A DNA stretch of 64,000 nucleotides from Alphaproteobacteria bacterium (GCA_017471705.1 JAFUSH010000046.1:252-64251); one strand, 5' to 3'. Numbered from the stretch's first letter, positions 28,229 to 37,547 are shown. Program-made: numbers and translations. Notes: generated by a model from the sequence alone, not told the origin.

Positions 28229-28735
28229 TTATATTAAATCCTCTAGATATTCTGCTTTTAGTGCGGCTATGGCTGAAAGGATATAATGACGGAAATCTTC
28301 CGGCTCCTTACCAATTATAAGCTTACCATCGCGGAAAATTTCATTAAACGGATAAATGCTGACCAGCTTCTCAATGCCTGTTTCAGCATATTCACTACAT
28401 ATTTCCAGGATCTTTTTAGAATCTGAAAACAAGGACATATCTTTTTCTTGATCTAACCAAGCAACAGCAATCAGCAAAGGCCATTCTTCATTTTGATCAA
28501 TCTGTTCTAGTGTGAATAGTGAATCTCTACGTTCAAGTGGTGTTCTTTTTCCTTCTTTGAAGCCAATAATACAACAAAGAGTGTAAATATTGGTATATTT
28601 ATCAAACACTGGAATATTTAGACCGTCTGTATTGTTTCTATTCGTACAAAATGATTGATAAAAATTTTTCCACTTTTGTGAAGTATAAACTGCAGGGGAT
28701 TTTTCTCCCGTTGTATTAATTATATGTTGTGCCAT
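28229..28735 (-). CDS. small Ssp/Dnd-associated protein (last gene of restriction operon)
   Basis: 168 aa. Its start shares nt 28735 with the ATPase stop. It possibly belongs to the 'dnd system-associated protein 4' type, from memory only. Confidence 0.35.
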   Translation of the reverse strand: MAQHIINTTGEKSPAVYTSQKWKNFYQSFCTNRNNTDGLNIPVFDKYTNIYTLCCIIGFKEGKRTPLERRDSLFTLEQIDQNEEWPLLIAVAWLDQEKDMSLFSDSKKILEICSEYAETGIEKLVSIYPFNEIFRDGKLIIGKEPEDFRHYILSAIAALKAEYLEDLI

Positions 28736-30747
28736 TAGATTGTGCTCCTTATCGGTTTCCAGTGATTGATATCTTTTTCTACTAATTTTGAAACTCCGCC
28801 AGAACTTTCAATTTCATAAATTTTGTGCCATGCACCTGATTTCTTTAGTGCATTCGCCTCATCAATTGTAAATTCTGTATCGGTTGTTAGCAGAATCCAT
28901 TGAGTGAGTAAATTTGGTAGTCTTTGAAGACATGCATCACGTGGTGCACCGGAAAGTCGACCGAAAGGTGTATCCATCAGTAAAGGCATTTCGAGCCCAA
29001 TAGCCACTTGCATGAGGGAACAAATATAAGAAATTGAAACAACCTGCCTTTGACCACTAGAAATTTGTGGCAATATATTTATATTTGACGGGCTTAATAC
29101 GTCTAAAATAAATTTATCAGATATTTCTATTCGAGATATTGCTTGAAGGGTTTCTTTATCTGCAATTTGTTTCATTATTTCTGTCGCACACGCTGATAAT
29201 TTAACTCTTAATTCATCGCTATATGCATTATAAACATCTTCAAGTGCCGAAGACGATTTTCTTAATAAATCAAGTTGTCGTTGGAATTCAGCTAATTTTT
29301 CATCTTGTTTTGAATATTCTGCACGTTTTTTATACAGTTCCTCATGTTTTATACGTTGTGCCGTTAATTCACTTTCTGACGCACCCTTCTTTTCTAAATT
29401 ACGCTTTATATCAGCATCAATATTGGCATTTCGTGTTGCATAATCTTTTGTACTTACACTCGCTTTCAGTTCACCATTGATACCTTGGACCTTTTTATTT
29501 AAACCTTCTTTTTCGTTTTTCTTTGAGGAATATTTTTGCAGAATTTCTTCTGTATCTCTGTTTATTCTTAAGCTAATTTTCTGTGTTAAATCTTTTGTCA
29601 TTTGATAAACTTGGAAACCAGCTTCAGCATACTTTCCTATACTTTTATTTAAGTAATCTTTCAAAATGTCGGCAGCTTCTGTGTGAACTTTTAAGTCATT
29701 ACCACAGATACAACGACCTCTTGTTAGAAGTTCTTGTATGAAATCATCCTTGATGTTAGATGGAAGCTCGCCACGGTCAGCACGCTGTTTTAAGTCATTT
29801 AATGCATCATTCACAACACTTTCCCCTAGGTATGCAGGAAGCGTTTTGAGTGTTTCTTTCATTTGCCGTCTTATTTCGCCTAAATCATCATCAATATTAC
29901 TAATTTCTTTTTCAAGTTTATCCTTTTCTTTTTGTTTTTCAGCACCTTCAGCAGAAGCACGTAGCTTATCAGCAATTTCTGCCTTTTCTTTATCAAGTAA
30001 AGCAAGCTCATTTTCAATTGTTTTCAAACCCGTTTCCAAAGCATCAATTGCCTTTTCGTTCTTTTCAATATCTTCATTTACTTTATCCAATTCTGCTGAT
30101 AAAGAATTGTCTCTAATCTCACGTTCAACGGATTTTTCAGCTTTCGAAAACTCGTTTCTGACAACATTTATTGCATCAAGACGTAATAAATCCGTAATAC
30201 CACGCTTGATATCCTTCATGCTTTTTGTAGATGGCTGTGTAAGTTCTTCCATTTGTTCACCATCAAATAAAAAGAAATCCTTATTTTTCTGATCAATTAT
30301 CGAATCAAGTATCTGCTTTATTTGATCGTGGTCAGTAATAGGAGCCTTTGTACTATTATTAACCGTCTGGACAAGTTTGACATCCCCATATTCCTGATTG
30401 AATTCTTCCCCTTGTTTTGCACATAGTATTGAACGGGAAAGTTCATAGATAACTTTATTATGCTCAAATTTAAGTTTTACAGAAACCTCAACGTAGTTAC
30501 CTTTTGCCTTTTCAACCAAGTTTTGATTAACCAAAACTAAGCCTTTATTGCGCTGTGCAGTGTCAAGATTATCCCTCTCAAGATACGTGTTACCATATAA
30601 ACAGAAAATTATTGCACGAAAAATACCTGTTTTTCCATAACCATTCAAGCCGTAAATCACCGTAACCTTATTGCTATCGCCAAACTCGACAGTGTTTTCA
30701 CCTGCAAATTGCCTAAAGTTATTCAATGTTAATGATAATAATTTCAT
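28735..30747 (-). CDS. SMC/ABC-type (DndD-like) ATPase
   Basis: Walker A 'GLNGYGKTG', a long coiled-coil middle, signature 'SSGQRQVVS' and Walker B 'PLLMDTPFGRL'. Confidence 0.8.
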   Translation of the reverse strand: MKLLSLTLNNFRQFAGENTVEFGDSNKVTVIYGLNGYGKTGIFRAIIFCLYGNTYLERDNLDTAQRNKGLVLVNQNLVEKAKGNYVEVSVKLKFEHNKVIYELSRSILCAKQGEEFNQEYGDVKLVQTVNNSTKAPITDHDQIKQILDSIIDQKNKDFFLFDGEQMEELTQPSTKSMKDIKRGITDLLRLDAINVVRNEFSKAEKSVEREIRDNSLSAELDKVNEDIEKNEKAIDALETGLKTIENELALLDKEKAEIADKLRASAEGAEKQKEKDKLEKEISNIDDDLGEIRRQMKETLKTLPAYLGESVVNDALNDLKQRADRGELPSNIKDDFIQELLTRGRCICGNDLKVHTEAADILKDYLNKSIGKYAEAGFQVYQMTKDLTQKISLRINRDTEEILQKYSSKKNEKEGLNKKVQGINGELKASVSTKDYATRNANIDADIKRNLEKKGASESELTAQRIKHEELYKKRAEYSKQDEKLAEFQRQLDLLRKSSSALEDVYNAYSDELRVKLSACATEIMKQIADKETLQAISRIEISDKFILDVLSPSNINILPQISSGQRQVVSISYICSLMQVAIGLEMPLLMDTPFGRLSGAPRDACLQRLPNLLTQWILLTTDTEFTIDEANALKKSGAWHKIYEIESSGGVSKLVEKDINHWKPIRSTI

Positions 30748-30948
30748 TTAGCCCTCCTTAGACAGTCTTGCTGAATTTATTTCAATTAAATGAGAAAGAC
30801 GCTGAGATATAGCACTATTAGACTGAGCTTCCTCCGTCATTTTTATTGCCTCTTTTACTGTAGCAGTGCATAATTCTCTTACTTTTTCATCCTCGATTTT
30901 ATTAATTTTATCTAGAGGATTAACCCTGTATATGGTTTCTTCGCTCAT
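30748..30948 (-). CDS. 66-aa protein, translationally coupled between helicase and ATPase
   Basis: Its start overlaps the helicase stop by 4 nt, and its stop abuts the ATPase start. No motif recognised. Confidence 0.4.
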   Translation of the reverse strand: MSEETIYRVNPLDKINKIEDEKVRELCTATVKEAIKMTEEAQSNSAISQRLSHLIEINSARLSKEG

Positions 30949-33137
30949 TCGTCATCTCCTGTTTGGCGGTTGATTTTTGTTTCGGCTTGCAACTCTTTGT
31001 TGCGATTATATAACTCGTAAGGACGAATGTCAAGTTCGTCAATAATTCCATAATGCTCGCAGACATGGGTTATTATCCCTCTTGCTCCAGATCTGTTTTC
31101 AGAACAATTGTTAAATTCCGCAAATCGTGGAAGTTCACGGTTTAATAATGAAACTGCAATTTTTGTATCTGGGCAGTTATCTATTACCCATGGGCCTACA
31201 ATAAAGTCATAAATATAGGCTCTATTTTTATTTTCGTGTAAACGCAAAATACGCCCACGTCTCTGAATAAATTCTTTAGGATTAGTTGTGCTAGACATAA
31301 TATAAGCACGTTTTGTTGCTGGCACATCAACACCTTCATCAAGGCACCTTATTGCAACTATTCCATCTATATCGCCATCTGCAAAACTTTTAAGAATTGC
31401 TGGACGATCTTTATTTGGTATAGTGCCTACAAACTCATGTACTTTTAATCCAGCATTTGAAAGGGCCTCTAAAACTGCTGGACATTCGCCTTTTGCAACA
31501 TAAAACAAATTATGTTTATATTCTTCACCTCTTTCTTCAGCCTCTTTTTTGTGCTGTCTGACCAATTTTACAAGTTCAGGAATTTTATTTTGTGCTTTTG
31601 CAACTAGGTCAGCTCGTTTTAATAACAAACCCTGTAATTTGTCCTCATCTTCTTTAGATTTTGGATTTTTTTGAAACAGTCTTGCTATTCTATCTGATAG
31701 CAAACTATATTCGTTAAGCTCTTCTTCTGTTAGTTCAATGGGAATAGGATAATATTCGTAAGGAGTAAGGTATTTTTCTCTAATGGCGCGATCCAAAGGA
31801 AATTCAATAACCGTTTTACCAAAATATGATTGAATTAAGGTTGAACCTTCATCGTCATACCATCTGATTGGTGTTGCAGATAAACCAATTCTATATAAAG
31901 AACTATCAAAAAGTGTTCTTTTATAGTTACTAGAACCGGCATTATGAGCTTCATCTGCGATTAATAACCAGCGAACTTTTTTTAGTGAATTTTGGATAAT
32001 CGACTGAAATTCATCATTAGATGCCGTTGCATACAAAGCCACAATACACAAATCTTGAATTTGGCAAGATTTGTATTGATTGATGCCAGCATTTAATTTT
32101 CCCATCCAATTGTGCTTATTTTCATAGCAAGGAATGGGATCATATCCGTTTTCTTTTAGATCACTTATCCATTGTGATGCAAGGTGTTTATAAGGAACTA
32201 AAACGACAAAACACACTCGTTTATTTTCATCTCTTAAACGATTAACCGCAGAAATAGCTGTAAAAGTTTTCCCCGTTCCAGTAGCCATTTCAAAGAAACC
32301 TTTACAATCATTTTCAAACCACGCGTCAATACCTTCTTGTTGATATTTCCTTAGAGTTCTCCTCTCGCCAGATTTTATTTTTTCCGCAATCGCTTTCTTT
32401 AAGCGTATAAGGTTTTCAGTATAGCGCGATCCAACTTCAATAATATTCCTCTTTGCAGTTTCTGTTAAGGAGTAAATCTTTAAATTTGAATGTCTTCCAT
32501 ACCATTTGTCGTCGAATTGTTTCATATGATCATTAGCATACAGAGATCCTTCACCCCAAGTGGTAAATATATTGACAGTTTCCTCATTTATAGATGCTTG
32601 ATGACTATCATTTTGCGAGCCTGCAACTACTATTGAATCACCATCTTTATTCGTAAATATAGATGTTTTAGAATGAAAGATTCCGCCTGCAAGGTTACCA
32701 CAAGGGATTGCAAATTTAAATTCTATATACCCTTCTTTTATCAAAAAGCTAAGAGTTGCTAGAGTATTTTCTTCCATCGCCTTTTGTAAAGCATCCGTTG
32801 TTTCTAATACTGTCTTATCAATTATTGCTTCTATTTCCGTATCAATATTTGTTGCTTTTTTTATGGCATTCCAATCATCTTCCGATAATTTAACAGAAGT
32901 TAAGATTCTTGCGTGACCACCTCGGACTATAAAATAAGATAAACCCTCTGCCACTTCTTTTAACCATGATGATGAGAAGAAACCAACTCCCCTTGAATAT
33001 TCAACGGTTGTTTTTAGAATATTATCAACAACATCCCTCATAATATTTGTATCTAGGGTTGTATAAGTTCTTTTTAACGATAATTCTCTAAAATTCTTCA
33101 CAATAGTTTCCCCTATATTCTGGTTTAATGCATACAT
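30945..33137 (-). CDS. PLD-nuclease + SF2 helicase fusion (phosphorothioation-system restriction-enzyme type)
   Basis: PLD HxK block 'FHSKTSIFTNKDGDSIVVAGSQNDS'. Helicase motifs 'EMATGTGKT', 'IADEAHNAG', 'LSATP', 'QRRGRILR'. The start may instead be the internal Met at 33041. Confidence 0.8.
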   Translation of the reverse strand: MYALNQNIGETIVKNFRELSLKRTYTTLDTNIMRDVVDNILKTTVEYSRGVGFFSSSWLKEVAEGLSYFIVRGGHARILTSVKLSEDDWNAIKKATNIDTEIEAIIDKTVLETTDALQKAMEENTLATLSFLIKEGYIEFKFAIPCGNLAGGIFHSKTSIFTNKDGDSIVVAGSQNDSHQASINEETVNIFTTWGEGSLYANDHMKQFDDKWYGRHSNLKIYSLTETAKRNIIEVGSRYTENLIRLKKAIAEKIKSGERRTLRKYQQEGIDAWFENDCKGFFEMATGTGKTFTAISAVNRLRDENKRVCFVVLVPYKHLASQWISDLKENGYDPIPCYENKHNWMGKLNAGINQYKSCQIQDLCIVALYATASNDEFQSIIQNSLKKVRWLLIADEAHNAGSSNYKRTLFDSSLYRIGLSATPIRWYDDEGSTLIQSYFGKTVIEFPLDRAIREKYLTPYEYYPIPIELTEEELNEYSLLSDRIARLFQKNPKSKEDEDKLQGLLLKRADLVAKAQNKIPELVKLVRQHKKEAEERGEEYKHNLFYVAKGECPAVLEALSNAGLKVHEFVGTIPNKDRPAILKSFADGDIDGIVAIRCLDEGVDVPATKRAYIMSSTTNPKEFIQRRGRILRLHENKNRAYIYDFIVGPWVIDNCPDTKIAVSLLNRELPRFAEFNNCSENRSGARGIITHVCEHYGIIDELDIRPYELYNRNKELQAETKINRQTGDDE

Positions 33138-36100
33138 TTTTATTTTGATCGCGTAACTCTAAACAACTTTTTTCTGTAAATAAGTCATTTTGAATCGATT
33201 TATGATTAAATGTTTCACTGTGCTTAAACACATCATTTCTTCTTAGTAGCCTCTCTAGTTTTTCTGCAGGCATGTACCATGTATGCGCAAAATCAGATAA
33301 AATGTACGCTACAAGCTGATCCTTTGTTTTTATATTAGTTTGAAAAGGATTTAATACAACTAAATGAAAAATTGTGAATGAACTACATTGAGAAAGGATA
33401 GACCGTAATAAATATGGAGACCATTCACATTCGTTATTCAGCACAGGTAAGTTGTTTTTAGAAACCACCTCAGTAAAACTCAGATAATTTTTTTGCGATG
33501 CTTTAAATAATTCTTCAATTAGATTTAATAATGAATTTTTAAGTTCCTCATTAATTCCCGCATATTCGTTAGTAATCCAACAATCTTCAGCAATCTCTAA
33601 AAGCTGATCTTTAATTTGTCCCTTTACATTGTATCGATGGAACCCATTAGCTTCACAAAAGTTATTAATTTCAGATGAAGTTACCCATTTGCGAGATCTA
33701 CATAAATTGTTAATCCAATTGTATAGAACATCCTTAGGCGTTGAACTTCTCGTTTGTCCTACGACGCCAGATGATGTTATTGAATACTTGAAAGTAGGAC
33801 AAAAAGCTTTAATAAATGCCGACATACTCTTTACATCTAAATCTTCTTGATTGTAAACAGATATCCAATCAGCAAAGTTATTTTTACGTATAATTTCCAG
33901 AGATACAAAGCCATTTTCTTCAACTTTTGCCTCAATTTTACCTACAAGTTTAAGCAGTTTTTCTTGGTTAATAGCAATACCAGCTCTATGAAAATATCCG
34001 TTTGCAGTTCTAAAAACATTGCTTGATGCGCCTAAATAGTTTGCTATTCTTAAATCATCCCATCCTAATGAGTGGAAATATTTTTCCACTGTTTCGTTTG
34101 GAATAATCCCTTCGCGGCCAGTAAAAAAAGATTCAAACACATCAACTTGCGTTGTTTTTTCCCATTCTGAACTACTGACAGTAAGTCGCTTAAAAGTTAG
34201 TTTAGGATCATTTTTCCTTTTCAAAAGACTAAACAATAAATAGTTTGAAAATATGCCGTTAGTCTTAAAATAGTTTTTGTTTTCCTCATATATTGAATCA
34301 ATAAGAAAGGAGTGTTTCTCTTGATTCAATTTTTCTTTGCAAAGTTGAAGTGCATAATCAACAGCAGATTCAGAGTAATTTATCGTATCAATATTACTGT
34401 ATTTACCTATATCAACAAGAATTAGTTTTGAATTTCCAGCTAAGCGTGAAGCTAAAGCATTAGGTGTTGATAAATCAATTTCTGGTAGTGCTTCTTGGAT
34501 CTTGGAAAAAATTACATCTGCATCTTTTCTTAAAAAAGCACCATTTGGATAAAGCGCATTAAATGCATCAAATATTTTTTCTGAATCTTTTTGAAGCTTT
34601 GCAATAAAGCAACCTTTCTCTTCATCAAATTCAAGGTAATTTTTAATAAAGTTATCGGAAAACTGTGTAATTAGTGTGGTGAAATTAGTTTCAGTATCAT
34701 CGTTATCGCTGTCTACTCTTATGTATTCTTTCAACCTTTCGGATAATAATACACCAATTTCATCTTTCGAAATATATTGTCCTAAATTTGATGTGTCGAA
34801 AACCTCACCTAAATCAACAGTATTTTTGATAAATATTTCCATATCAAGGTCTACGCTATAATCAATATTTTCATTTCCATTTGTAATATTGTTCAAAACA
34901 ACTATATAATCAGCAAGTGGTAAAAATTCAGGGGCTGAAATTGAAACAATATCACCATATATATCAAAAACAGAATTTATATCTGCTTCATAGGCATTCA
35001 AAATTTCAAGAAGTTTTTTCTCTTGTTTTACTTCTATTTGTCGTACACGTTCACGGGTTAAACCATACTTCTCCGCAAATTCTCGTAACGTAATTTTCTT
35101 TTTTGAAGCAATTCGGCCTAAGTATATGTCAAATTTTCTTTCGTCTTGCTTTATTGCCTCCTCAAATGACTTTATTTTGTCTGCTAAATTTTGGAATTTA
35201 CCAGTAAGAGAAATCGGATCCGCTGTTTCTTCAACAATTTCATATGGTTTGTTAATATCAATATTTAATGAACTTAGAAATGATTTAAGTTCATTTACGG
35301 ATCCTCTACCAACATTTTGCAATCTTGCAAATTTATCAATTCCAAATGATAAAATATCAGAAATTGTTTCTAGATTGTTATTTTTTAATGCATTCGAAAG
35401 GCGAACAGAAAATTCAGGCCTAAGTGCACTTGAATTTGCAATATAACTTGGAATTTTTTGAATAGATTCGTAATAGTCTTCAAGAGAATCTGATGGAAAA
35501 TTCTTTTTTAAATCTTGAATTAATCTTTCAATTTCTATGGCAGACTTCAGCCCCATAGAAGGTATTTTTTTTAAATCACTTAGATTGAATTTGAAAAGAT
35601 CCTTAATTGATTTATATCCAGCTTTTTGTAGAGCATTTTTAGATCGTACAGATACCAGTCCATTTTCGTATAGATAAGATATTGAAAATTGATCACTTTC
35701 ATATTGATAGTCGTCTACACCTGCTTTTGCCTTTTGAATTAAATATACAATTTCGCGAATTGATCCTTGCCCTAAATTTTGTATTTTATATAAATCTTCC
35801 GTTGACACTTCAAAGAGCTCATTCAAATAATTATACCCTGCATTTGTAAGCGCATTATATGATCTTCGCGACAACTTTCCTCTATCAAATAATGAATTAA
35901 TAGTAACTTGAGGAATATTATCCTGCGGTAAATTATTATAAAATTCTTCCTCAGAATTGTAATTATCTGCGGCAGTATCTACATTTTCAAAAATAATCTG
36001 ATCTTCAGAGGTATATACAAAATCTTTATTTTCATAAAACGTCGGAGATAGAATTTTTTCAAGAATACCAATTTCAATATTGCAAGATTCTGAGAGAACA

Positions 36101-36540
36101 AATATATTAATCCCGTCAAGCAAAAAATATGTAGTTAACCCATGATCTGTCAAATATCGATTAAGAAGGATACTTTCTCGTTCATACGAAATGTTTCCTT
36201 GAAGCGGCAATTGATCATTAGTTCTTGGATATTTTAATAACTTAGTTCCTTTTTCTGAACCTACAGAATATTTTTGTAATTTTTCAGAAAGAAATTTAAC
36301 ACCATAAAGCCCTAATAGTTGTATTGCTGTAATAGCAGAAGGATATGAGTATTTTAGAAATTCCCGTAGCATATCAGGTGTTAGTTCTCCAAATTTTTTT
36401 ATATTATTTCGAGTAAAAAGCTCAAATAGTGCTGGAGAATCATTTACTGATATAGTTCTACTCGATAAAAAACCAGGAATGTCGAACCCTTTAGATTCAA
36501 CTTTATGAAATAATTGAGCTAAATTTTTATAAAAAGACAT
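33088..36540 (-). CDS. 1150-aa protein with three RNAP alpha-CTD-like HhH repeats, a sigma70 region-4-like HTH and a large unknown C-terminal region
   Basis: Repeats: 'SRRSYNALTNAGYNYLNELFEVSTEDLYKIQNLGQGSIREI', 'SVRSKNALQKAGYKSIKDLFKFNLSDLKKIPSMGLKSAIEI', 'SVRLSNALKNNNLETISDILSFGIDKFARLQNVGRGSVNEL'. HTH: 'ITLREFAEKYGLTRERVRQIE'. Confidence 0.65.
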   Translation of the reverse strand: MSFYKNLAQLFHKVESKGFDIPGFLSSRTISVNDSPALFELFTRNNIKKFGELTPDMLREFLKYSYPSAITAIQLLGLYGVKFLSEKLQKYSVGSEKGTKLLKYPRTNDQLPLQGNISYERESILLNRYLTDHGLTTYFLLDGINIFVLSESCNIEIGILEKILSPTFYENKDFVYTSEDQIIFENVDTAADNYNSEEEFYNNLPQDNIPQVTINSLFDRGKLSRRSYNALTNAGYNYLNELFEVSTEDLYKIQNLGQGSIREIVYLIQKAKAGVDDYQYESDQFSISYLYENGLVSVRSKNALQKAGYKSIKDLFKFNLSDLKKIPSMGLKSAIEIERLIQDLKKNFPSDSLEDYYESIQKIPSYIANSSALRPEFSVRLSNALKNNNLETISDILSFGIDKFARLQNVGRGSVNELKSFLSSLNIDINKPYEIVEETADPISLTGKFQNLADKIKSFEEAIKQDERKFDIYLGRIASKKKITLREFAEKYGLTRERVRQIEVKQEKKLLEILNAYEADINSVFDIYGDIVSISAPEFLPLADYIVVLNNITNGNENIDYSVDLDMEIFIKNTVDLGEVFDTSNLGQYISKDEIGVLLSERLKEYIRVDSDNDDTETNFTTLITQFSDNFIKNYLEFDEEKGCFIAKLQKDSEKIFDAFNALYPNGAFLRKDADVIFSKIQEALPEIDLSTPNALASRLAGNSKLILVDIGKYSNIDTINYSESAVDYALQLCKEKLNQEKHSFLIDSIYEENKNYFKTNGIFSNYLLFSLLKRKNDPKLTFKRLTVSSSEWEKTTQVDVFESFFTGREGIIPNETVEKYFHSLGWDDLRIANYLGASSNVFRTANGYFHRAGIAINQEKLLKLVGKIEAKVEENGFVSLEIIRKNNFADWISVYNQEDLDVKSMSAFIKAFCPTFKYSITSSGVVGQTRSSTPKDVLYNWINNLCRSRKWVTSSEINNFCEANGFHRYNVKGQIKDQLLEIAEDCWITNEYAGINEELKNSLLNLIEELFKASQKNYLSFTEVVSKNNLPVLNNECEWSPYLLRSILSQCSSFTIFHLVVLNPFQTNIKTKDQLVAYILSDFAHTWYMPAEKLERLLRRNDVFKHSETFNHKSIQNDLFTEKSCLELRDQNKNVCIKPEYRGNYCEEF

Positions 36541-36578
36541 TCCAGGTAATACCTTTTCTTCTTATCAAACGAGCTTAT

Positions 36579-36607
36579 ATTTTATCCATTGACCTTAAAT
36601 AAAGCAA
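36579..36607 (-). promoter_or_regulatory. sigma70-like promoter of the five-gene restriction operon
   Basis: On the minus strand: TTGCTT, 17 bp, TAAAAT. It lies ~40 bp upstream of the ATG at 36540. Confidence 0.4.
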
Positions 36608-36671
36608 GAAAAAAAGTATAAAATACTTTGTTTTTTGTAAATCCATGCCAATTATTGTCATAGAAATACAT

Positions 36672-36711
36672 AAAAAAAGAACCCCGCAGGTGTTATTCCC
36701 GCGGGGTTTTT
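36672..36711. terminator. bidirectional rho-independent terminator downstream of HU
   Basis: AAAAAAAGA-CCCCGCAGG-(7 nt)-CCCGCGGGG-TTTTT. Confidence 0.75.
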
Positions 36712-36725
36712 AGAAACTGTATAAA

Positions 36726-36998
36726 TTACTTTACAGCTTTTTTCAAAACTGCACCGGCTTTGAACTTAGGAGCTTTTGATGCCGGGATTTTGATTTCTTT
36801 ACCGGTAGCAGGATTGCGGCCTTTGCGAGCGGCGCGTTTTGCTACTTCAAATGTACCGAAACCAGTGATTTGAACTAATTCACCTTTTTTCAAGGCTTTT
36901 GTTACAACTGCTACAACAGCGTTTACTAATTCATTTGCGGCGGTTTTAGATGCTTTTGCTTCTTTAGCAACTGCTTCAACAAATTCAGTTTTATTCAT
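36726..36998 (-). CDS. hup: HU-family nucleoid-associated DNA-binding protein
   Basis: 'MNKTEFVEAVAKE...ITGFGTFEVAKRAARKGRNPATGKEIKIPASKAPKFKAG' is the canonical HU/IHF fold signature. I moved the start to the internal Met (90 aa). Confidence 0.9.
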   Translation of the reverse strand: MNKTEFVEAVAKEAKASKTAANELVNAVVAVVTKALKKGELVQITGFGTFEVAKRAARKGRNPATGKEIKIPASKAPKFKAGAVLKKAVK

Positions 36999-37095
36999 GT
37001 TTAATTTTCCTTTCTTAACGTTAAGTTTATAGAGGTTCATGACACCTCCGCTTATGATTCGAGCCATTTTTGCAAGAAAAGTCAAACAAAATCTT

Positions 37096-37290
37096 TTAAT
37101 TTGTACATAAATCATCGTAAACCACATTGTTTCTATCAATTTGACGGACAGTTTCGGGGGTATCGTGCTCATAATCGGCATATACCGGTTCATATAAAAG
37201 GCAAAAATCACCGTTTATATTTGTTGTGCAACCGCTTAACGCGCTCAGGATCAGCCAGGCTGTCCCGACTATTCTTAGCTGTTTTAACAT
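37096..37290 (-). CDS. outer-membrane lipoprotein spanin (Rz1-like)
   Basis: Signal peptide with lipobox 'LSALSGC'. 64 aa. It overlaps the 3' end of the i-spanin-like gene, at the end of the lysis cassette. Confidence 0.55.
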   Translation of the reverse strand: MLKQLRIVGTAWLILSALSGCTTNINGDFCLLYEPVYADYEHDTPETVRQIDRNNVVYDDLCTN

Positions 37291-37429
37291 TGTCCACCGT
37301 TCCTTTCATTACTTTGACTTGTTCTTTTTCCTTGCCGCGCCGGTAGCCGAGTATGTATAAAATGGCCACCGCTCCGGCGATTATCCAGTATTTACCTTTA
37401 TTCCAAAGGTTTGTTATTCTGTCCAACAT
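37208..37429 (-). CDS. inner-membrane spanin (Rz-like)
   Basis: N-terminal TM 'YWIIAGAVAILYILGY' followed by a charged helical tail. It overlaps the lipoprotein gene. Confidence 0.5.
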   Translation of the reverse strand: MLDRITNLWNKGKYWIIAGAVAILYILGYRRGKEKEQVKVMKGTVDNVKTAKNSRDSLADPERVKRLHNKYKR

Positions 37430-37547
37430 CTTGTTGTTTCCCTCCCATTAGGTTTGTGTTTGAAATTTGTAATGTAAAGTCGGGTAAATAAACAGGTATT
37501 GCTAAATTTTTTCGCTAATAACGCTCAAAAATAAGCAATTACCTAGT

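Noticed and set aside
29738-30292. 184-aa Ser-rich plus-strand ORF inside the SMC-like ATPase gene
   Set aside because: It is the mirror image of the Lys/Glu coiled-coil coding region: low complexity, no start context.
36999-37211. Long 161-aa version of the HU ORF
   Set aside because: The canonical HU sequence starts at MNKTEF (36998). The upstream part overlaps the spanin gene and has no HU similarity.
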